This document shows, in pieces, positions 12,101-24,953 of a stretch of DNA of 64,000 nt; position 1 is the stretch's first letter, and every line of letters begins with the position of its first letter. Origin of the DNA: Botryllus schlosseri (taxonomy: Eukaryota); assembly GCA_051294905.1 (NCBI GenBank), contig CM119371.1, positions 5,334,001 through 5,398,000 on the forward strand, read 5' to 3'. The notes beneath the pieces were generated by a model, which was not told the DNA's origin, did not search any database, and worked only from the letters and a program-made list of their open reading frames with translations. The position numbers and the translations under genes are program-made.

Positions 12101-14045
12101 ACACAATTTTCAATATACATTGATTCCAAAAATGCAATAAATACTTACACATATATATGTAATCACTTTACTTCTAAAGGATTTGGCTTGGGACTTTAAT
12201 AACCGTTTTTCTAGGGTGACGCAACATGTGGATATTCGCTTCAGACACCTTTGTTACGCATAACAAGCGTGTTAGATTTGGGTTGTATGTAGGGTGGTTT
12301 TCACTAATCACCTACCTATCGGTAGTTAGTTGACCAAAACGATCACCTAATTTTGTTAATGACCTTCTTCAAGAAGTTATCTGCCTACGGCCTTATATAC
12401 TGTGTCGTAAGTATTTTCTGGGCTATAATACTGACACTATTCCCAGAGAACATCAGATAATGTTTCCTTATAAGGATTATTGGTGGGTAATCACACCTCT
12501 GTTGTTTAACAACAACACGTGTGTGATTAATGGCGTCATATGGGCCGCCGTGGTAGTTACTTTCAACTTAAACGAAAGCTGTAGAGAGTACAGTATACAT
12601 AAACAGTAATCCATAATCTATACCGCTATCGCTAACAGATATGTCATCCTAATTTTAAAGGCATGCTTGTTCCTAATATCGGCATACTACGGATATTCAA
12701 TTAATGCACTAAAGCATACAAGCATTTACAGTTCAACCATAAAATTACGCCATACACCTGAATTACCGTGCCTCATCTCCAATTCAATCTTTGGATTGCA
12801 AAATAAGTAAGTCAAGAAATACGAAATATAATGCATTACAGGCTATACATTAAAATTAGTACTTCACCATATAGGCGAATATACGATTCATAATTGTTTA
12901 CAAATTGCGAATAATGATACAGGACGAGTAGCCACTATTACTTGACATAAATTGTCACTATATTGCTTTAAAAGGGTCATATAAAGACACCATAAAACAG
13001 AGTCTAATAACTCGGTTCACAAGCATTATGTTATTTCGATATCTCAGCTCAGCGTGGATTTTTTCTAACAAAATGACATTCAAACATTAATACAATGCGT
13101 CAAGACTGCTTACTACAACTATAAACTTTTGGTAAATATTATTTTTGATTAGCCTATATCTAGATACTCGATCCTTATCCATTATGAGCTCCTAGTACTA
13201 TAAAGACATATTTTATTCATTTCCGAAATATGCTCAATTTCAAATCTTCCACTTTTTACTACATTCTGACACTAGTCAACAACATCTTTACAATTAATAC
13301 AACTAATCTTGCTCGCGTGATGCTTCTACTGGCAAAATACGGTTCATTTGTTATCATTACATTTGCATTTTAAGATCCGACTATATACTTCTGATATCCG
13401 CTAACACTATCCTATTTCTCGAATCCAAAAAGGTCTGGAATCACCGTCCTGTTTAGATCCGCGCTAATACAATAATGACGGCGACTAACGTATTACCCTA
13501 TATTTAATGTGTGACGATCAACATCTGGCCATATGTCCAAGCTTCCGGTATTTAAATTCAGCTAACTTCCTCATCGCATCACTCGGGCATTTAACTTGGT
13601 GATGTATTTTCTAGTTTGTGATGTCATCAACCTCAATTTAATTTCACTTTTGGTTTTAACAAATAAAACAGTTTTATATAAACGCTTTGTGTTGCATCGT
13701 TATTCAACATTTTGAGCAGTCCGTAGATTTTGATAATAATCCGTGATATCTCAAAACATACACAACGGTCCGAATTTTAGATAGCGCCAGTTAGCCATAG
13801 TTGCTATGCATTCATCAGCGTAACTAAATCCTAGAATTACGGGTCCCCAATTGATGATCGTTTGGTTATAATAACCGTAATGCCACGGTTTTTCCCGCTT
13901 CTATGCCGACTCGTTTATCAATCCCTTTCCTAATTGTGTCACATTATATTTCGCCTGCAAACATATTCACATATTTTATATCGGTATTTGTGATAAATTA
14001 CATCGGTATTTGTAATAAATAACATAAATTCACGGGGCTCGATTT
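9191..14045 (-). mobile_element. Highly decayed LTR-retroelement (Gypsy-like) internal region(s)
   Basis: Minus-strand polypurine tract aaaaaagtggggggagag followed by TG at ~9190. Protease-like ILGIGG...PLNIIG (10258-10120). Integrase-like TP.YNP.SN.LV.R at ~12280. Weak RT-like MNRIFA...FLD.LLI at ~12850. Knuckle-like KLGHMARC at ~13530. PBS-like remnant at ~14030. No matching LTR pair found. Confidence 0.55.
10556..11347 (-). other. 263-aa basic, Thr/Pro-rich ORF of unknown function inside the decayed retroelement
   Basis: Uninterrupted 792-nt ORF immediately upstream of the protease-like segment. No recognisable domain. Confidence 0.35.
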
Positions 14046-15852
14046 TATAGAACTACTAAAGTAGTATTAACACCTTTATTTCCCATTTCTGCCTTAAAAG
14101 CACACAGGTTAATGTAATTTCCACCCGGTAAAAAGCAGTGTGCCCATTAATAATTTTCCGTTTATGACACGGCGGACTTCGCATGAGCGCCGGGACGAAA
14201 CACCGTTGACTTAGGGCAGATCGTGCACAAGCTCCCTCATCTAATGTCTGGATATCTTGAAAATGCTACAGGAGAAATGTATCATGCGGAACGAGGCAAG
14301 CTTAGTGTACAGACGTTTGCCATTCTCGTGCCTGAACTCTTGATTTGGTATGAACTAAACTTGATTATGGGTGTAGTTTGATTCAATTCCATTAGGCTAC
14401 TAAGTTTTTTTCAAAGTCAGACATTCTAATTCTAGTCATATTTGGAAAAAAACTGTTAGTATAATTCTGATTTTAATCTCATTGGGAAAAGCAGTAAATT
14501 TTCTAGTTGTCGAAATCACGTTGTGAACATACAATGGAACTTTTTGCATTTTTTTTAACAATACAGCATTTCCAATTGCCACACAAGAATGTGATAGTGA
14601 CACATATTTCATGTAGCGAGTTACAAATTCAAAAGTCACTTTATTTTGGCCGAAAACACGGCAGATTAGGTCAGGGAGAAGACTTCTCAATGTCAGGGGC
14701 ATACCGATGAATTGCTGAAGACTGTCAGTGAAATTATCATTTTTGTGACTTGACTCGTGACTTTTGACTGAAAATTTTCTTAATGGCAAACACAAATTGA
14801 GTTCAAAATAGCAGTGACTCGAAATGACTTTTGACTTGATCCCAATGCTATGTCGACAACTGATAGCAGGACTAAATATCAACACTCTGCCATACCCACA
14901 CAAATTACAAAATAAACAAGCAAAATATGGTGGCCTACTGGTACGATAACATGAAAAACTGTCTCTCAAATTACAAAATCCGATTGCACCGTGCATTGTA
15001 TTCAAAGGTCTTAAGATATCACTGCTCGAAAACATCACACAGAATCGGCTGATTGCGTCAAAAGTATATCAGGCCAGCATAAACAATAAATCGCTGTTAT
15101 TTTATAATCGTGTCCATTGTAACTCTACAGAATGTGCCAGACTTGTACGAACAACCCTCCTGGTTAGTTGACGGTAAACTGATTTATATTTTAGGCAGTT
15201 CTTATTCCAGTTCTAGTTGCGGCATTTCAAAAGTGAGTAGTTCTAGTTGCGGATTTTGAAAAGCCAGTAAACAGACGACAGATGGCAATTTATTACTTAT
15301 CACAGATAAACGAATATGAATGAAGATGATGATATAACCTGTAAAGACCATATTACATCGTCTGAAACATACCTGTGGAGTGACACAGTGCACTCATGTT
15401 ACCGTAATAGAAGAAACACAAATAAATAACAAGACAGCAGTCGTGTCAAGGTGCTAGTCATAGCAATATAATGTTGACATCACTAATCAGAGGCAAAAGC
15501 ATGGAACACTGTACCTGACTAGAATTAAGATATTCCAGATATGGTATTTTCGATTCATGCCCAGCCAGAACTTTGATAAATATAAGCCTATCAGGAACAA
15601 TGTTCTGAATTTTTGATCCCATATAGCATATTCAATAGACTGTTGAATCAATCTAAAGTTAATGCAGTGTACCGTACATAAAAGCTGACTTGATTACATT
15701 CTTGTGTCGCAGTGGAATAACATGCACAGTAGCATATTGTCTTGGTACACGACTGGAAAGCACTGTATCACAATGCAAAACGTACCACAACAAGCTATCA
15801 AGATCAGCCTGACTACTATTTATTGACAACTTCCTATAATACCCACGTGCCA

Positions 15853-15878
15853 ATTGGGCTCGAAAGTCACGTGACTTT
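15853..15878. promoter_or_regulatory. Palindromic GTCACGTGAC (extended E-box/CLEAR-type) site, copy 1
   Basis: 16-bp perfect palindrome aaagtcacgtgacttt. A 25-bp block here is identical, inverted, to 19593-19617. Confidence 0.45.
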
Positions 15879-16787
15879 TCAGCATAGCAACCACCGTCTG
15901 GGGCCAAGCGCGTTTCTGGTAGCATCTTCTCTGCGACAGTAATGCATTTGTATGTCGCAATTTCTGCTACTGCGCTGGTCTTTGCTGTCACATTATGTGT
16001 TTGTGTTACGAAAGTGGCTAAAACAGGATTGATTTTTTTTCGTGCAGATAGATGACAATGTATAGTATTCAATTAACATGATGGATTAGAGCAGTTTAAG
16101 ATAGCCTATGTCAAACAAGTAATTCCAAGGTTTAGTACCTTCATCTGGACCTACTAACTATTCATCGTATGGCTGCAGCATTATTATGCTTCAAGTGTAT
16201 ACTTATCGACACGGAGTCAGTGATCAGTCAACATTAGAGATTAGTAATATTGTAACATTACCGTACCGTGTTAAATTTGATTTCAGATGGATTTGGTTAA
16301 GCTACTTTTACGATTTGCGAGTTCTTCAAAATTAATCCGAATCTGGTCAGAAGAAGTCAAAATGATTTAGACAACGACCATCCAACATCAGCAATGTATG
16401 GTGGTGATGGCAGAGAATTGGGAAATATTCAGTTCAGCCATGAGTAGAAAGAAAGTTTATGACGTAGAGGTTGGTAACTGCAAAATTACGTGAAAGATTG
16501 GGGAAGCGTTGGAATTGAGTTCGAATCCCACTTGACGCAAGTGGGTCGGAGGCTTATCTGGACTCCCCAATGCTTACCTAACTACATGAGCAGCGTCATG
16601 TAATCAAGCCCAGATGGCTAAGTAAAGCCGATGACGCTTGAAAATCGGCACCACTGACGAGGACGCATGGAAGCAAGCAAGAGAAGAAAGATGGTGAACG
16701 AATGGGTGACAGGAACTCAGAAAAAGCTTATCAAAAAGCAAAGAGACCTTTGAACTTTAAAGCATTTATGTTGTGGTGCAAACAGAC

Positions 16788-16965
16788 GATCATCATCATC
16801 ATCATTGCTTTATTAGCAATTTTATCAGTTCAATACACCGCAAAATGCGATACAATGAGAAGACAGGAAGATGTCGAAGCGACTTGGAGTAGTCTATGGA
16901 ATCAGACACCCATCTTGGCCTAGGCGATGTAAAGAGGAGGCATGCACACTGAATGAAAGTAAAGA
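16788..16965 (-). mobile_element. Non-LTR retroposon 3' end (AATAAA + (GAT)n tail), copy 1
   Basis: Plus strand reads (cat)n-tgctttatt. Body is homologous to 20274-20420. Confidence 0.55.
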
Positions 16966-17739
16966 AGATAGTATTTCCACCTTTTCAGAGTACTATGTAA
17001 TATTGCATACTTGCTAGAGTGTTATATTTTTGAAAGTAGTTTTAGGACATGTTTGCGGCACTTTTGTGATGTGTGTATTGATAGATATCAAGTGTCCCTA
17101 TTCTACCAAATCAAGATCATTAATAGACTTGAGCATTTAGAAGAAAGTCTTCATTTTGAAATGAGTCGGTGATACTATAGTACTTGCCCAGCATCACAAG
17201 TACTTTGACAAGTGCAGGGCAGCTTGTGCATTGCATACTCAAAACTTATGCCAATTATTCGTTTTGGACCCGATGATACCCTAAGATTCTGAATAGAAAA
17301 ACTACCTAATTCTGATATAATAATATTTCCACAACAATACTTTCTTAATCTTGCATACTCTCGCTTGATTTTACAAAATTCTAAGAGTGCTGACGAAATC
17401 AATAACTGGCCAATAAATTCGACAAATTCACAACTTGATAATGTATTTCCTTTGTACCGAGAATGAAACAAATAGAATGTAGGTATTGGTCACAGATTAG
17501 GTATTCCTGATTAATGTTGCCAACGTGCCATAAACGGATGCAGTTTTGACTTAAGCTATACACTGCTACTGTGGAGGTAGTCTTAAACTGACGACTCACT
17601 TAAACACACAGAGTTGGCTTGAAAATGGGCAGGCATAAGCAATACAATTGAGAGGACTGTGTTAGTATATCGAAATTGACGTAAACGAGAATAACAGCAA
17701 GCAGTGTAACTGTGAGTACTCCATGGCAATCTGTAGTTA

Positions 17740-18200
17740 TTGCGTTGCTGCATCGCGTCGACGTCAGTATCTTCCATTGACAAGCCAAGATGCTGAACGG
17801 CGTCTGTGTAAATTTAGGGTGCACTGGCCCTGGCACTGAGAACGACGGTAAGGGATGCAAGTGTTGTTGGGTCCGTATGGTTACGAGGCTGGTCTCACAC
17901 AAATGACCTACTGGTGGCGTTGATGTACCGTATGTCGACAACAATGTCAGTTCCTTCCCAGCGTTTTGGGTGGATTTCTACCAAGTTCAGGAAGTATATG
18001 TGGTCCCGACTTTTAAGGCCGGTATCGTCTTGAAGTGTTCGCTCCACCTCCCTACGGTGACGTCATTCCATAGACAGTTGAGCTGCATTTTCTCACGGTT
18101 CAAGAGGTAAATAGCGTGCGTGTGCTTTTCGTTCTTGCGATGAAGGAGATGGTGTCTTCTGGAGAGCAGTTTGTGGCAGAGATACCAATTGCATCATACA
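17740..18200 (-). mobile_element. Gypsy integrase C-terminal fragment
   Basis: With one frameshift: RWSEHFKTIPALKVGDHIYFLNLVEIHPKRWEGTDIVVDIR, matching the L.VGD.V...W..G.VV pattern of Gypsy integrase tails. Confidence 0.65.
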
Positions 18201-19592
18201 AGATGCCGGGATCAGAGATGCCCCGGATATGGTTTACGTATAGCGCACAGTGCAACTTCACTAGCACAGCAATCAGGTACAGATGAGTGAGGCTAGCATC
18301 AATGTTTGCATTGATTTGTTAAACATCTAAAAGTATCTATAAAGAGAATAAAATGGTTATGAATTAGCCTACCCTCTGATTTTTGTTCAAGAAATTTGTG
18401 TAAATTTTGTATATGGCAATGCAAAAGCTACTGAAGGTAGAAAATTTTAAATTTGGTTCAACTAGCCAAATTTGCTATACATTTTTTTGAAAACTCAACC
18501 ATTTCATGGCATAGCCAGTAAAATTTTATAAAATATTTTATTTTTTCAATAAATTAATTTTTTTTTGTAAAATCTGATAGCTTCACTTCTGCATGTTGGA
18601 ATTGAGCCAAATCTAACGTGCAACCTTTTTTCAAGCCAACCTAACAATTTTGTTCATGAGACAGTGAAATTTGGAAAAAAAGTTGTTTTTGAACAACACT
18701 GATGTATAGAAACTTGACCAAAATTTAGAAAAAACATTGGCAACCGTGCCAGTACTAAATTATACGAAGTAGTGTCATGAGTAAAAGACCTGGTCTTCCA
18801 TTAAAAGAATATTTACATTCCAGTTAGAATGATACCAAATTGTAAATCGCTGCATCATCACAAAAACCAAGTCGAAAGTACGGTACTCTTGTCCTTGTCC
18901 GGCAATAGCAGTCTTCTCAGCACTATACTTGAAACAATCAATAACTTCCTTCTGATTGGCATGGTTAAACTTGAATTTGGCTGACCGAAATTCTTTATTA
19001 TCTTTTTCGATAAATGGCACAGATATCTTGATAGCAAACCGATGCGGCGATGCCTGCAGTTGATGCATCTATTCTTAGGCCAATTTCACTATATAAACAC
19101 TTTAATAAAAATCTAATAATTGTGGGTTATCTTAAATCATTTGCTATTGAAGCTGACTCGATTACGCTGTCTTTGGGGCACACAAAATACCGGTATGACA
19201 TTTGATACCACCAAACAAACAAGTCAACATAGATCAAATGTTAATTATATTTATCATTCCCACTAGCTTTATTAATTTCAGTCACTTTCCTGTCGTTTTC
19301 TGGCAATTCAGAAGTCGATGGAAAGACTACTCCGAATTGTTTTCTCATCCATTATAACAAATAGGCACGTTATACCCTGGCATTTTGCGCGGCTGCAAAA
19401 CAACATAAACCTACCTAGTTAGTGTCTAAAAGTCCTGAAACTAGCTAATAAGTCATAGAAGATAACATAAAACTTAGAACTGTACTTCAAACAACCTCAC
19501 TGAGACAGAAAATACGGTTTGAAAACATACCAATATCGCATTTAACACAGGGAGCGGCTATCTAAGATAGTTGTTTGGCCCCAGCGAACCAC

Positions 19593-19617
19593 AAGTCACG
19601 TGACTTTCGAGCCCAAT
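19593..19617. promoter_or_regulatory. Palindromic GTCACGTGAC site, copy 2, next to a CpG-rich stretch
   Basis: aagtcacgtgactttcgagcccaat, the inverted exact match to copy 1. Confidence 0.45.
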
Positions 19618-20273
19618 GTCTGTGCTAATTTCCAAACATTGCCTAAAGCCATTACTACACGCATCGATCGTATTCGTATCGCTTTCGAAAGTGATATTTG
19701 TCGGCTGTCGAGCCGAGTTTACAACCAGGCTGTCTCACGCTTCGTGAATGGGTGTGATGGAGGTGTGTCTGTGCCGGGCAGTCAACTAGAAATACGGCGC
19801 TTTCGGGAGCTTTACAACCCCGCCTTGCTTCTTGCCTGCTCCATTGTTCAGTTGTGGCATTATTAGCTAAGCTTCGGACTTTAGCACAGATATTGTGGGA
19901 AGTTGTCAGTCAGTACTGTAGTTAGGCTCATTCATGTAATTAGTATGTGGTGGATTTTGCATTGGAATAATAGTGCTTTCCAGACATGTACAAATTAACT
20001 GAGCACTAGATTTTGAAAATACGCAACTTGAAGTGGAACTAGAATTACTGACTCTCGATTAAAACTGGACTTGGTTCAGTAAAATCCGTAATCAGTTGAC
20101 CGTCATCTAACTAGCACTGTAGTTCCTGCAATCTACAAGTCTGGAGCTTTCTATAAAATTCAAGTGATCGTGATTTCAGAAGCTCGCCTATCAAACAGAC
20201 GTATGGAGGCCTCACCCAGATATACTTTTGCTGGTACCTGCCCATTTTTTGTGTTAATCATATTCCGACATTG

Positions 20274-20420
20274 TCATCATCATCATTTATTAAAATAAAC
20301 CACAAATTTGCGATATAATGAAAAGATAGGAGGGTTGCGAAACTACTAGGAGCAATGCTTCAGTCAGACACCCGCCTTGGCCTTTATCATGTAAATAAAT
20401 GGCATGTACAATGAATTTTA
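20274..20420 (-). mobile_element. Non-LTR retroposon 3' end, copy 2
   Basis: (cat)n-ttatt on the plus strand. Similar to 16788-16965 (tcagacaccc..cttggcct). Confidence 0.55.
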
Positions 20421-21838
20421 GAAAGGATATCCAGTGATACTTTCAAAATATCATGTTAGATAGAACCCGATATTGTGTTGTGAGAGCCAGTTTGTATATT
20501 CTCGTACTTGTAGCATATCTGCTGTTTGATTATTTGCATTTGTATTAGTATTTTCTCAATGACTGTGTAAAGTGTGCTAAAATCTTAAAGTTTAGTCCTG
20601 CCATCCTTTGTAGCCAGTGGTGGGATGGAGTCAATGCCTTCGAGTCCTTTCCTATCCATACCAGACATGGGGTGATTACTTCATGAATGTAATCGATTGC
20701 GATTACGATTAGTTCCGAATGCCGCGATTACGATTACGATTACGATTACAGCAAAATCTGGAAGCAGTCGATTACGATTACGATTACATTGGAAAAGTAA
20801 TCACGATTATTCACGATTACATTTGTTTTACATCTTATAAGCTATGCTGTAAGACAATATATGGATTGCGCTGAAAAGGCCTAATGAGATAACAAACTCC
20901 CTTTAAAAAAGATGCGTCATTTGCTTGTTACGCCATAATGTAGGCTAACGATTGCCCATTTTTATGGAGGTCACTTTATCGCGCCCATCGACGTGCATTC
21001 TTGCCAGGGCCATAACTACCGCATCCCAAATTTCCCAATAGGGTAGAGAGCGAGCTCGAAGGGGACTCAAAAAGTATTTCGTAAACCAAAATAGTTATAG
21101 AGTCTTTTCGAGAGATCTAATTAACTTGAAAATCCTCTCTAGACCAGTGATTCCCAATCAGGGCTCCCAGCTAGCCTACTCGCAGCTCCCATTGACGTTG
21201 GAAAATCCAACAAAAAAAAATCAATCTATAACAAACCAAAAAATTGATAATAAAAATTCCACTTGCTTGGCTTGGAAACTGGAGTTTATAATTAAGGGTG
21301 GAGACCAATTCCTTTGCTGTCGAGTAACGATTCTCTATACTCAGCAACGATTTCGTTACTCAACTCACGTCAGAAAGTATGCTCACACTCAAATGCGTTT
21401 GGATGGGCACTCAGATTTAAGTTTGCTTAACATCGGACTTAATTAAGAGCAAGTGGTGTTACAGCACGTTTTACAACGCTATCTGACCATCAAACCAATG
21501 GATCTTTGTCTTGATTGTTAAGTTCAACGGCCGCATTGACGGAATGAATGCTTTTTTGCCCATGATGAAATTGTTTTTTCAAGTCCTATTGTAGTTAATG
21601 TGGCCACTGACCCTAGTAATTTACAGCTTGAGTTGTTAGACATGCAGTCATGATATAAGACATGACAATTTGTTTGTGTGTCTCACGAAAGTTTTTCTTT
21701 TAGTCTGCTACGTTTGAGCCAATACAAAATCTTTTGATTATATAACAAATCCGAGGTCACGAATTAACAACATACACTAAAGTAATTATAACAAGATAAT
21801 ATGAATTATGAATTACGTGCCCCCAGCTCTACTGGTAG

Positions 21839-22089
21839 GTAATTGTGTGGCGAGATAGCGCAGTGCTATAATCCATGGCTGCAACACCAATGGTTCCTAC
21901 CAAAGTGTTGTAGGTTTATCTAGGCTCCTCCTCGCCGCCTCATCCGCGTAAGCGGTGTCTTACAAAAAGCCTAGAAGTGGGCCGTGCTACAAGCTGGCGG
22001 ATACGGAATCAAAAATGCATAAAATCGGCCTGGTGTATAGGACCGCTGTAGTCGACAAACACCACGATTACCTCAAACAAACAAACAAA
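21839..22089 (+). mobile_element. tRNA-derived SINE, copy 1
   Basis: Head gtggcgagatagcgcagtg (box A-like), (AAAC)n tail, flanking direct repeat ctctac(t/a)ggtag. Homologous to 32043-32272. Confidence 0.8.
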
Positions 22090-22475
22090 CTCTACAGGTA
22101 GATCTGACCATCGGGGGCTGAGAGAGGATTAAAAACTAAGAGTAATATAATATTATTGACGAAATTCAGTCTTCAACTTGAGATTGCCACCCTATGGGGC
22201 CAAAGACCAACGTTTGAACTGGGGGACGAATTGCTGTTTTGGTCCCGAACCCAGCTACATCCCACGCTAACCTGATGTATAAGCACATGGCCATGGCGGT
22301 AGATCCCAATGTTGAGTAAATAATTGTGAAATAACGATTGGCGCCCGTTTCAAGCAGAGTCATATGAGAAAAAGAAGAAGCGAACATAAAATTCTGCCTT
22401 CAACTTAATCAACTTAATACTACAAGCGGCAGTTACGAGAAACGGCCAAAACGGCTCGGTTATGATATATATATA

Positions 22476-24953
22476 TTAGGGTTGTTCAGATTTGAAAAAT
22501 TGTCCGGAAACTTCGGCCATTGTGATCCAAATGATGGTTTAGTACACAAAAACAATTTTATGAGCAATTTTGGTCATCTTCATCGTGATCTTCCTTTTCC
22601 TCAAAGCCCCCAAAGATCAGGGGCCAATTCTCCTAATTATTGGGGATTCCCCAGACTTTTTACCTAGCTCTTATCGTAAAGCAGTGCTCTGAGGTGATGA
22701 TTGTACCTTTATTGGAGTTTGCAGTTGAAAACGACCGTCTATAGGTGATAAATATCATGGTTATATATCTTCTGGGCAATCGTATTGAACTACATATGCC
22801 AGTGCGACCTTCTGGTACATGTGTTGTTATCTCTATAGGCCCACTGTTACAGCTAGTCAGGCTATATGAATGAGACAATTGCATGCATTTCCAGGTTGCT
22901 TTTATTTTGTCAACGTTGGTGAAAGATCTATTAAGTAGGAATATAATGTGCAATGCCAGTGCCTCCGGACAATTTCAGCTGATTTGTAAAATACTGAGTT
23001 GTCTAATTTGATGGAGAACCGGAATTTAGTTGAAGAATGTCTGAAACAAAGCGGAGAAGGGTTGTACCTGTCCTGCAAAGAACAAGAGACAAGTCCACTA
23101 CTCAACATTCCCGTTCACTTATTGCCCGAAGACGACCAAAACGCAGGACTGTCCTGTTCAAACAGTCTAAGAGGTTGCCATAGTGTGGAATATGACAAGG
23201 GTACCTACTGAGCAACATTGTGAAAATCCAACAAGTTCATGATACAAGGCTTGCTCTTGTAACAACAAGAGAGTCAAGTGAAGGCAATGTATGTTTCTGA
23301 AACTCATTGAATTTATTGTGAGAACATTTTGAATAATCAAACTTTATGAAGCAGATTATGGCAAAAAATAATCAGCACGTTATAACATTTTCGTGGCTTG
23401 CGACAATTGGTATTATCATTGAAAAGATGTTGAGAATTCCAAGTAATTTTCCATCTGTATGCTGAGTATAAGAAGACAATATCACAGCCAATGCTTCATA
23501 GTTTGTTCCAAATCTGTCTTCTGTCAACTTTCCATCCCAGTGTATAGCAGCATGATTGGGTAGGTCTTGTTGGAATGACTCAAATATATCATGTGGAACC
23601 TTACGGCGATTAGCCTTTATATGTCTCTTTTATACTTGATATGGATAGCACAAAGGCATCAATATTCCCTCCACATGCCTGCATGAAAGCACTAAGTAGC
23701 ATAGTTGCTTAGTTATCAGTCAATTTTAGGCGGTCCAGCTCATCAGTAATATGTTTCTTTCTTAACAAGTTTCTAGGAGCTTGAAGTTCAATAAATGAAG
23801 GATATTTGATTGTAGCATCATAATCAGAGGGTGGTGTACTGGTTTCCTTCCCAGGTGATGAGTACATTAATGTAATAAATTCATCACTAGAACTTATGCT
23901 CGCAGATGCTGAAACAGGTTCGTCACAGATCTCAGCCTGGCTTCTTTCAAAGGTCTCATGTTTTCCTGCGAGTCATGCAATGCGAGAATACTATTGGTCC
24001 TCATAAAATGCGATGTCTTCATTTTTCTGAGATGGCGACAACTGCGTCGCAATGTCCAAGGTCCCCCAACTTATCGAGTTCATCACAATTGACATGTTCT
24101 TTTGAAGATAATAAAGTTCAAGCGGCATGAAGTTTGGCAACCTCTTCCAACAGTTTGAAGAAGAAAATCCAGCGTTTTGGTAGTCTTAGGGCAGTTTTCT
24201 TTCCGATATAGCAGGTATTTTAGAGCTGGGAGTGACTGATACAATCAGATGACTATCCGCTCGAATAGTAACCAGACTTCGATCTTGTTCTTGGTGAATC
24301 CGGCACTACCTTTCTCCGCTTTGTGTCAGGCATTCCTCTTCTACTAAATTGCACTCTACCATCAAATGGAATTAGTCGTTATGTTACAAATAAACTAAAA
24401 TTGAGGTAAATATTACTGACATTACATATCATACACCTTTCAATACATTTACTGCTTAAAAAGTAGCTGCAAATCTCTGCATTTGTTCACGACTTTGCAA
24501 CCCAACGGCGCTCCTTCGAAGTACGATCCATAACAAACCAGTGTCACCCGTGCAACTAATAAATGCTTCCCATGAACACAATAGACAGGTTTTGAACAGG
24601 AAAACGGAGATACATTTGAGATTTATAAGACAACATTTAGGTACAATTTTGAAAACAAGTATACTTCCTTGCAATTCCTTATTTCTGCACAACCGTTTCC
24701 AACTGATAACATCACAAAAGCTACAAACTGGTTACACGGTCAACACTACAGAGCACTACGTCAACGTAAACACTCTGGTGTATCAGCTGTAGTAAGGAGA
24801 AATGACCTCGGGATCTTTGGGGGCTTTGAGGAAAAGGAAGATCACGATGAAGATGACCAATATTGCTCATAAAATTGTTTTTATGTACTAAACCATCATT
24901 TGGATCACAATGGTCGAAGTTTCCTGACAATTTTTCAAATCTGAACAACCCTA
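22476..24953 (-). mobile_element. Long-TIR hAT (hATm-like) element with decayed transposase
   Basis: TIR tagggttgttcagatttgaaaaattgtc, 8-bp TSD atatatat. Minus-strand remnants LDIA...EDIAFYEDQ, LDRLKLTDN and AAIHWDGKL at ~23450-24060. Confidence 0.85.

Noticed and set aside
14436..15038. 200-aa ORF
   Set aside because: No recognisable motif, starts at GTG, and overlaps repeated non-coding sequence.
16505..16690. gagttcgaatccc box B-like motif
   Set aside because: No box A, cloverleaf or second copy in the window. At most a SINE relic.
20690..20820. (CGATTA)n, tcgccccc and GACTCGAG arrays as CRISPR-like repeats
   Set aside because: No unique spacers, eukaryotic context, and they lie at transposon ends as subterminal repeats.
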